DNA of 64,000 nucleotides from Alphaproteobacteria bacterium (GTDB lineage Bacteria; Pseudomonadota; Alphaproteobacteria; CAAGCB01; CAG-977): NCBI GenBank assembly GCA_900768465.1, contig CAAGCY010000013.1, positions 187,587 to 251,586 of the forward strand, read 5' to 3'. Shown piece by piece: positions 57,841 to 64,000 of this stretch (position 1 is its first letter; each line of letters starts with the position of its first letter). The notes under the pieces were generated by a model. It saw only the letters and a program-made list of their open reading frames with translations, ran no database searches and was not told where the DNA came from. The position numbers and the translations under genes were made by a program.

Positions 57841-60800
57841 TCATTCAACCAACGATGTGATGTCCGCGACTTTCGGCGCTTCCGTCCACAGCAGGAAACA
57901 GCGGATTTTCTTTGTCGGATAAATCTGCGCCAAAACCGATTTGTACGCCCGCATTTGTTCGACATACGGCGCGGGCGTTTTTTCAAGGCTGTCGGGAATC
58001 GCGCGGTTGCTTTTGTAATCGACAATCAAGACTTCCGTTTCCGACACCGCCAAGCGGTCGATTTGCCCGCTGACGACGCGATCGCCGACAACGCCCGAAA
58101 CGGGGACTTCCGCCAAAGCGTTCGGCGTGAACAGCGGGAAAAATTCGGGATTTCCCAACACGCTTAAAACTTTTTCGACGGCGGCTTCCCCGTCCTCCAT
58201 CGGGTTGAGGGACAGGAACTTTTCCGCCGCCGTTTTGCGTTTTTCGGGCGGATAGGACGGCAGGATTTCCAGCAGTTTATGAATGAAAGTCCCGCGTTTG
58301 CGCGCTTGCAGTCTGTTTTCGGACAGCGGCGAAGCAAAGACCGTTTCATCGCCTTCGGGCTTCGAGGGGACAAGCGGCTTCGGCGGCGTCGGTTCGGCGG
58401 GCGGCGGGGGTTTGTATGCCCAGCTTGGCAAAGCGCAAAGCTGTTCCTGTTTTTCCGTTTGTTCGATTTCGGGCTTGGCTTCAGGCTGAACGAACAGCGT
58501 TTTTGAAGGCAGGGAGTCGGCAATCAAAGTATACCAGTCGCTTTTGGGCGCTTGAGATGTTTTGGCGTTTTTTTTGGATTTCGCATTGTCCCATCCCGTG
58601 ACGTACAGCCTGTCCGCCGCGCGGGTCAAAGCGACGTACAACAAGCGGCGGTATTCGCGTTCGTCGGCGGCGTTCAGTTTTTCGATTTCGGCGACGGCTT
58701 CGGCGTTGCGCAATTCGACTTTGGGAATCCAGACGGGCGCGCCGTTTTCCAGCCACACCGTTTTCGGGGCAAAGAATTTCTTTTGCCGCGTGTCGGGCAG
58801 GAAAACAATCGGGGCTTCCAAGCCTTTGGACGCGTGAACGGTCATAATCCGCACGGCGTCCAAGGTTTGTTCGGGGTCGCGCTTGATTTCAACGTCGTTC
58901 GCGCGCAAATCCCGCAAAAACAGCTGCAGGGACGGCGTGTTTGCGCGGTCGTAATCCAGCGCCAGATTCATAAACTCCTCCAGCGCGTCAAGGGCTTGCA
59001 CGCCCAAGCGGCGGACAAAAGCTTTTTGCCTGCCCAGCCGTCCCAAAACATAGGCGTAAAGCTCGAACGGGCGCATGGTGTCCACGCGGTTCAACAGGTC
59101 GGACAAAAACGCGTACGCTTTGCCAAGCGGCGTTTCGGGCTTGTCCGCGTAAGCTTTCAAGCGGTCGAACAGGGATTGTCTGCCGCGCCCGTACGCCAAA
59201 GTGAACAAGTCGTTTTCCGACACGCCGTTTAAGTCGGGCAAAGCTCTGTCCGCTTCGGGCAAATCGTCGGGGGATATGCCGCACAAAGGCGACCTTAAAA
59301 TCGTCGCCAGAGCCAAATCGTCCTGCGGCATCAGCAAAAAATCGCCCAAGACCATCAAGTCTTTGACCGCGATGTGGGACGTGATTTTCAGTCTGTCGGC
59401 GCCCGAAACGGGAACGTTGCGGGACTTCAGTTCACGCGTCAGACAGTCGATAAAGTTGTTTCTGCGCCGCACCAGAACCAGAATGTCGCCCGCCGTTATC
59501 GGCTTGCCCGACGGCAGGCGTTCTTTGCTTTGAATCATGTCGGCGATTTTGGCGGCGATTTTTGCCGCCGCGCGCGCCATGGGGGACGATTCCGTTTTGC
59601 GGGTTTCGACGGGTTTGGTGTAAACGGCTTGCGCGTCGCCCTGTTCGGACTGCTCGACATCCCAGATTTCGACCAGACCGCCCGCTTTTTTACGCCAAGC
59701 GATATGCGTCGCGTCGTCGGTTGCAGCGACTACGCCGTCGGCGGCGGCCGGATTTTTCAAAACATCGTTGACGGCTTCGATAACGGCGGGCGACGAACGG
59801 AAAGAAATCGTCATCGGCACGTCGTTCCAACGCTGTTCGGCGTTCAGCACTTTATCTTTGAAAAAGCGGTGCATTTTCTCGAATTCTTCGGGAGCGGCGC
59901 CTTGAAAGCTGAAAATCGACTGCTTTTGATCGCCCACGGCAAACAAAGTGCGGCGTGTTTTATGCGCCGTTTCGCCCGCGAAAAACTCGTCCGCCAAAGC
60001 TTTGACAATCCGCCATTGAAGCGGGCTGGTGTCCTGCGCTTCGTCAATCAGGATGTGGTCGATGCCGCCGTCCAGTTTGAACAAAACCCACGCCGCCGCG
60101 CCCGATTTTTCCAGCAAATCAAGCGCTGTCGCAATTAAATCGTCATAGTCCAGAACGGCGCGCGCGGCTTTCAGTTCGGCGTATTTTTGCGTAATCGCCG
60201 CGCCGATTTTCAACAAAGCCAAAGAAATCCGCATAGAGGCGAGGGACTGCAGCCGCCTTTTCAGTTTTTCCGCCCGCAAAGCTTCGGTCTGCATTATCGG
60301 GTCGGCTGCCGCCGTGTCTTTGTGCGCCAAATCTTCACGCACTTTGCCTGTTTTGGTCAAAAACACGAGCAGATAAGTGTTCAAATCCGCGCGTCCGACA
60401 ACGAAATCGGCGATGATTCGCGCGTTTTTGATGTCGGTCGACCCCTTGCCGTGTCCCAGAATCAAAGCGGCTTGGCGCAAGTCGGCTTCGCGTGTTTCGC
60501 TTAAAGTGCAAAAATCGGCGATAAGGCTGTCTTCGGTCGCGTTTTCGGGCAAATCGAACGCCTGTTCATAGGCAATACGCGCGGATTCCGACGTCGGGTG
60601 CGCTTGCGTAAACGCGCGCAGACGCGGCAGACGGACGGCAAGCTCTTTCATCGTATCCAGAAATCCCGTTTCGTTCGTCGTCAGCGCAACGGTTTGCAAA
60701 ACGTCGGTAAAATCGGGGTTGCTCAACACGCTTTCCTGCACGTCGGAAATCAGCTTTGCGGCGTTGGATTCGTCCAAAACGTCGAATTGCGGGGAAACGC

Positions 60801-61206
60801 CCGCCTCCAGCGGAAAGCGTTTCAGCAGGGATTGACAGAACGAGTGAAGCGTCAAAATCTTCAATCCCCCCGCCGTGTCCAGCAATTCCGCGAACAATCG
60901 GCGCGCGGTTTCTTTTTTGGCGGTGCCGGCGCCCAAGTCGGTCAGTTCCTTGTCCAAAGCGGCGTCGCTTGCCGTCGCCCAGTTCGCCAGACGCGCGGCA
61001 ATGCGGTTGTACATTTCCGCCGCCGCCGTGCGCGTAAAGGTCAGACACAAAATCCGTTCGGGCTTCGCACCCGTCAGCAGCAAGTTCAGCACGCGGTCGG
61101 ACAGCACTTTCGTTTTGCCCGATCCCGCCGAAGCCGCCACCCACGCCGATGCGGTCGGATCGGATGCTTTGCGCTGGATTTCGTTCGGGTCAATCGTTGC
61201 CGTCAT
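57841..61206 (-). CDS. addA: double-strand break repair helicase AddA (alphaproteobacterial type)
   Basis: UvrD-like N-terminus (AWVAASAGSGKTKVLSDRVLNLLLTGAKPERILCLTFTRTAAAEM) and a C-terminal PD-(D/E)xK nuclease. The start is taken at the Met preceded by GGAGGA (61206). The upstream Met at 61245 would overlap addB by 56 nt. Confidence 0.9.
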   Translation of the reverse strand: MTATIDPNEIQRKASDPTASAWVAASAGSGKTKVLSDRVLNLLLTGAKPERILCLTFTRTAAAEMYNRIAARLANWATASDAALDKELTDLGAGTAKKETARRLFAELLDTAGGLKILTLHSFCQSLLKRFPLEAGVSPQFDVLDESNAAKLISDVQESVLSNPDFTDVLQTVALTTNETGFLDTMKELAVRLPRLRAFTQAHPTSESARIAYEQAFDLPENATEDSLIADFCTLSETREADLRQAALILGHGKGSTDIKNARIIADFVVGRADLNTYLLVFLTKTGKVREDLAHKDTAAADPIMQTEALRAEKLKRRLQSLASMRISLALLKIGAAITQKYAELKAARAVLDYDDLIATALDLLEKSGAAAWVLFKLDGGIDHILIDEAQDTSPLQWRIVKALADEFFAGETAHKTRRTLFAVGDQKQSIFSFQGAAPEEFEKMHRFFKDKVLNAEQRWNDVPMTISFRSSPAVIEAVNDVLKNPAAADGVVAATDDATHIAWRKKAGGLVEIWDVEQSEQGDAQAVYTKPVETRKTESSPMARAAAKIAAKIADMIQSKERLPSGKPITAGDILVLVRRRNNFIDCLTRELKSRNVPVSGADRLKITSHIAVKDLMVLGDFLLMPQDDLALATILRSPLCGISPDDLPEADRALPDLNGVSENDLFTLAYGRGRQSLFDRLKAYADKPETPLGKAYAFLSDLLNRVDTMRPFELYAYVLGRLGRQKAFVRRLGVQALDALEEFMNLALDYDRANTPSLQLFLRDLRANDVEIKRDPEQTLDAVRIMTVHASKGLEAPIVFLPDTRQKKFFAPKTVWLENGAPVWIPKVELRNAEAVAEIEKLNAADEREYRRLLYVALTRAADRLYVTGWDNAKSKKNAKTSQAPKSDWYTLIADSLPSKTLFVQPEAKPEIEQTEKQEQLCALPSWAYKPPPPAEPTPPKPLVPSKPEGDETVFASPLSENRLQARKRGTFIHKLLEILPSYPPEKRKTAAEKFLSLNPMEDGEAAVEKVLSVLGNPEFFPLFTPNALAEVPVSGVVGDRVVSGQIDRLAVSETEVLIVDYKSNRAIPDSLEKTPAPYVEQMRAYKSVLAQIYPTKKIRCFLLWTEAPKVADITSLVE

Positions 61207-64000
61207 CGCCGTCCTCCGTTTCTTCGCGGGTCGCCCATTCGTCAAACCGCGCCAAGTGGTCGTAATCGTTGTATTTTTGGGAAACGCTGGTGTCGGGAGT
61301 CGGCAAATAGGGCGTTTCGGGATTGTCGAACGCTTCTATCGCCGCAATCAGCCGTTCCAAAGCCGCGGCGGTCAGTTCGTCCGTGTCGGCGGAGATTTTG
61401 CAGATTCGTCCGCCGTCGCTTGCCCCGCGCAAACGCCAGTATTCCAACGTTTTGACTTCGCCCTGAGGCAGATTTTCAAAGCCGCGGCGGCGGATGATTT
61501 CGGCTTCCAAAGGCAGTTGAGGCGAATACCCCGCCAGAACGGTTTTTTCCGTCGGCAACACCCCCGTTTTATAGTCGATAATCGAAATCGAGCCGTCTTT
61601 CATCACATCGATTCTGTCCGCGCGCCCCGTCAGAGTAAAATCCCCGCCTTTCATCGGCAGGACGGCTTGTCCCGTTTGTTCGGGGTAAATGCGGCGGATG
61701 GAATCAATCCGTTCGCGCTGTCGGGCAAGAAACCACTTCAACGCTTCGAACACGCGCGGCTTCCAAAACGCGGCGGCGGTGATTGAAAAGTTCAATTCGG
61801 CAATCGCTTTTTCGCCGATGGCAAACAATTCGGCTTCGGCGTTCGGCGGAATCGAATCGGGATGTTCGGAGCAGAACAGTTCAACCGCTTTGTGCAGAGC
61901 CGACCCGAAATCCGCGACGTTCAGCTGTAAATCGATGTCGTCCAGCGGCTTTAATCCCAAGATATGGCGCGCGTAAATCGAATACGGGTCGCGGAACAGC
62001 GTTTCCACCTGCGTGACCGACAAAAAACGCGGGCGCGCCGCGACGGGCGGGCAGGGGCGCGGCGGCTGAAAAGCGACGGTTTCGTTCGGCGCGTCCAGCT
62101 GTTTGCTCCACGCTTGTTTCGTTCCCGCTTCCCACTTTAAGCCCGACGCGTTCAAAACGGCGTCCAGCCTCATCAGCCAGCGCGACGGCACGGTCGGCGT
62201 TCCCCCGCTTTTCAGCGAACGCGTCAAAAGGACGTTCGGCGCGCAAAACGCTTGGCAAAAGTCGTGCGCGGACAGCGCGATTTTGCGTTCGGGCATGGGC
62301 ATCGCGCATTCGGCGCGCATGGGGCGGCTGAGCCACGGGTCGGCTTCAATCGTTTTCGGCCAAGAGCCTTCGTTCAGCCCGCCCAAAATCAGCAAATCGG
62401 GGCGAAGCAAGCGCGCTTCCATCGTTCCCAGAATGTCCAGCCGCGGGTGCATGCCGAATTTCGGACGCACCAAAGCTCCGCTTGCCAGCATGGCAAACAT
62501 TGCCGGATAATCCGCCGGCATCATATCGTCAATCAGATCGGCGTTTTCCTGCGCGTCGGCAATCAGATTCAGCGCGGCTTCGCCCGCGTCGCCGACCCAA
62601 AGCCTGTCCGCGCCGCAACGGTCGTCCGACTGCGCCAAAGCTTCGGCGGCTGTCAAATGCGCGGTCAGATATTGCGAGAACGGGTGCGGTTCTTTGCTTT
62701 GCATCAGCGCCGTAAAGTCGCCCAAGCAATCGGCAATCGTTTGCACGAAAGCTTTGTCCGCCGCCGCTTTCAGCAATCCGTCGAAACCGTCGCCGGGGCG
62801 TTTTCCGCGCAAAGCGGTCAGTTCCAGCGCGCGCACCTGCGGACGGAAACTGCCGTATTTCATACCGCCCGCCGCCAAAGGATGCTTCAAGCACGCCAGT
62901 AAATCGAACGGCGCGGCGTTGCTTAACCCGACTTGACCGACCAGATTCAGAAAAATCCCCAATGGTGTCAAAGACAGCGGAACGCCCGCCGAATCGTCCA
63001 TCACCACGCCCCAGCGGTTCATTTCGGCGACAACTCTGCGCGCCAAAGAACGGTCGGGCGTAATCAGCGCCGCCGTTTTTTCGGGTGTTTCCAGCGTTTC
63101 GCGCAATGCCAAAGCGATGACCAGCGCTTCTTCCTGCAAAGTGGCGCAGTCGACGCGCTCGATTCCCCGCAAAGCGTCCGCCGCAAACGGTTTCGCGCTT
63201 TGCCATTTGTCGGTCGTCGCGGCGGGTCGCATGGCTTCGCATATCAGGCGCAGACGTTCCGAATCGGCGGCTTTTTGTCCGAACTCCCCGACCTCTTCGC
63301 GCGCGATTCCCATGCGCTCCAACAGTCGTTTCAAGTGGTATTGCGGGTGCGACGGCTCGATGGCGGCAAACGTTTCGTCATCCGAAACCAGATCCAGCCC
63401 CGGCAGAATCACCATGCCGTTCGGCAGGGAGGCTATCGCGTCCAGCAGCCCCGCCGTCGCGGGTTGAGATCCCGTCGAACCCGCCGCGATAATCGGGTGA
63501 GGCGGCGGATTTTCGCGCCAGTAATCGGCTTGCGCTTTGAACAGGCGGACTTGGCGGTCGGCGGCGTCGATAACGCCTTCTTCCTTTAAAATGGCGGGCC
63601 ACATCGCCGTGATGATTTCCAGAAACTTCAGCGTTTCTTGCCAATGCGCGGCGAACGTGTCGGGGACAAGGTTTTTCAACAGCGACAAATCCGTTTGCTC
63701 AATCGTGCTTTCATCCAGAAAAGCCGCCAAAGCGTCCGCCAGCTGCAGCGCTTTTTCAGCCGAAAGCCCGTCGGGCTGTTTTTGCCTGACCAGCTTTGCC
63801 AGCAATAAACGGCGGCGCAGCGGAGAAATCGCGGGGGGAATGTCCTCCGCGCCCGCGACGCTCAAAGATGTCAAGGTGTCGTCGTTGTCCAGCGATCCGA
63901 ACGGAATCATTTTCGGCAGCAGCATGGGCGTTCCCGCGCTTTGCCGCAAAAAAGCGTCGCGCATCGTTTTGCACGCGCGGCGGGTGGGCAGAAACAGCGT
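61190..64000 (-). CDS. addB: double-strand break repair protein AddB (N-terminus beyond the window end)
   Basis: C-terminal PD-(D/E)xK/RecB-like nuclease (TGRADRIDVMKDGSISIIDYKTG) and alpha-type AddB body. The frame is open to the window edge. Confidence 0.85.
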   Translation of the reverse strand, partial: TLFLPTRRACKTMRDAFLRQSAGTPMLLPKMIPFGSLDNDDTLTSLSVAGAEDIPPAISPLRRRLLLAKLVRQKQPDGLSAEKALQLADALAAFLDESTIEQTDLSLLKNLVPDTFAAHWQETLKFLEIITAMWPAILKEEGVIDAADRQVRLFKAQADYWRENPPPHPIIAAGSTGSQPATAGLLDAIASLPNGMVILPGLDLVSDDETFAAIEPSHPQYHLKRLLERMGIAREEVGEFGQKAADSERLRLICEAMRPAATTDKWQSAKPFAADALRGIERVDCATLQEEALVIALALRETLETPEKTAALITPDRSLARRVVAEMNRWGVVMDDSAGVPLSLTPLGIFLNLVGQVGLSNAAPFDLLACLKHPLAAGGMKYGSFRPQVRALELTALRGKRPGDGFDGLLKAAADKAFVQTIADCLGDFTALMQSKEPHPFSQYLTAHLTAAEALAQSDDRCGADRLWVGDAGEAALNLIADAQENADLIDDMMPADYPAMFAMLASGALVRPKFGMHPRLDILGTMEARLLRPDLLILGGLNEGSWPKTIEADPWLSRPMRAECAMPMPERKIALSAHDFCQAFCAPNVLLTRSLKSGGTPTVPSRWLMRLDAVLNASGLKWEAGTKQAWSKQLDAPNETVAFQPPRPCPPVAARPRFLSVTQVETLFRDPYSIYARHILGLKPLDDIDLQLNVADFGSALHKAVELFCSEHPDSIPPNAEAELFAIGEKAIAELNFSITAAAFWKPRVFEALKWFLARQRERIDSIRRIYPEQTGQAVLPMKGGDFTLTGRADRIDVMKDGSISIIDYKTGVLPTEKTVLAGYSPQLPLEAEIIRRRGFENLPQGEVKTLEYWRLRGASDGGRICKISADTDELTAAALERLIAAIEAFDNPETPYLPTPDTSVSQKYNDYDHLARFDEWATREETEDGDDGND

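Noticed and set aside
1-64000. Integrase, transposase or tRNA-bounded genomic island carrying the pilus cluster.
   Set aside because: No such genes or tRNA-like sequences were recognisable within the window, and upstream context is cut off at position 1. Base composition could not be computed here. The question is left open rather than asserted.

Overview
This 64-kb window from a moderately GC-rich proteobacterial chromosome is mostly densely packed housekeeping genes. Gene order and gene content point to an alphaproteobacterium: mutS-glnD-murJ, addB-addA-trxA, a Ros/MucR regulator, and a Mic60-like gene next to hemY-like. Three regions stand out.

1. Positions 1-12.8 kb carry a complete-looking type IVb pilus assembly cluster of the Tcp/Bfp/R64-thin-pilus kind. 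It encodes a TcpQ/PilL-like lipoprotein, a lipoprotein secretin, two periplasm-spanning assembly proteins, a GspE-family ATPase and a GspF-family platform protein. After the platform gene come a terminator and a repeat cluster, then a 1024-aa protein with a prepilin-type N-terminus (G|ALMVE) and a beta-helix-like repeat body, then a membrane-anchored 290-aa partner. No major pilin gene or prepilin peptidase gene is visible in the window.

2. Directly downstream, three tandem paralogs of a small lysine/arginine-rich protein carry an intact colicin-DNase-type HNH motif, with no immunity genes next to them. A fourth paralog lies 4 kb away, followed by a SUKH/SMI1-KNR4-like acidic gene that is probably its immunity protein.

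3. An overlapping gene pair encodes an acidic protein and a permuted-papain-fold (PPPDE/LRAT-like) thiol enzyme.

Other points of note:
- A Ros/MucR homolog lacks the zinc-binding residues.
- Two gene remnants are present: an outer-membrane beta-barrel C-terminal fragment and an internally deleted duplicate of the pfkB 3' end.
- Periplasmic EF-hand proteins and a MacA-MacB-TolC-type efflux operon are present.
- The remaining genes are pheA, queA, anmK, gpsA, tsaD, rppH, ctpA, envC-like, gpmI, typA, ampG and similar housekeeping genes.

No CRISPR array, rRNA, tRNA, integrase or transposase was recognised. All calls rest on reading the ORF translations and the DNA by eye; no searches were run.
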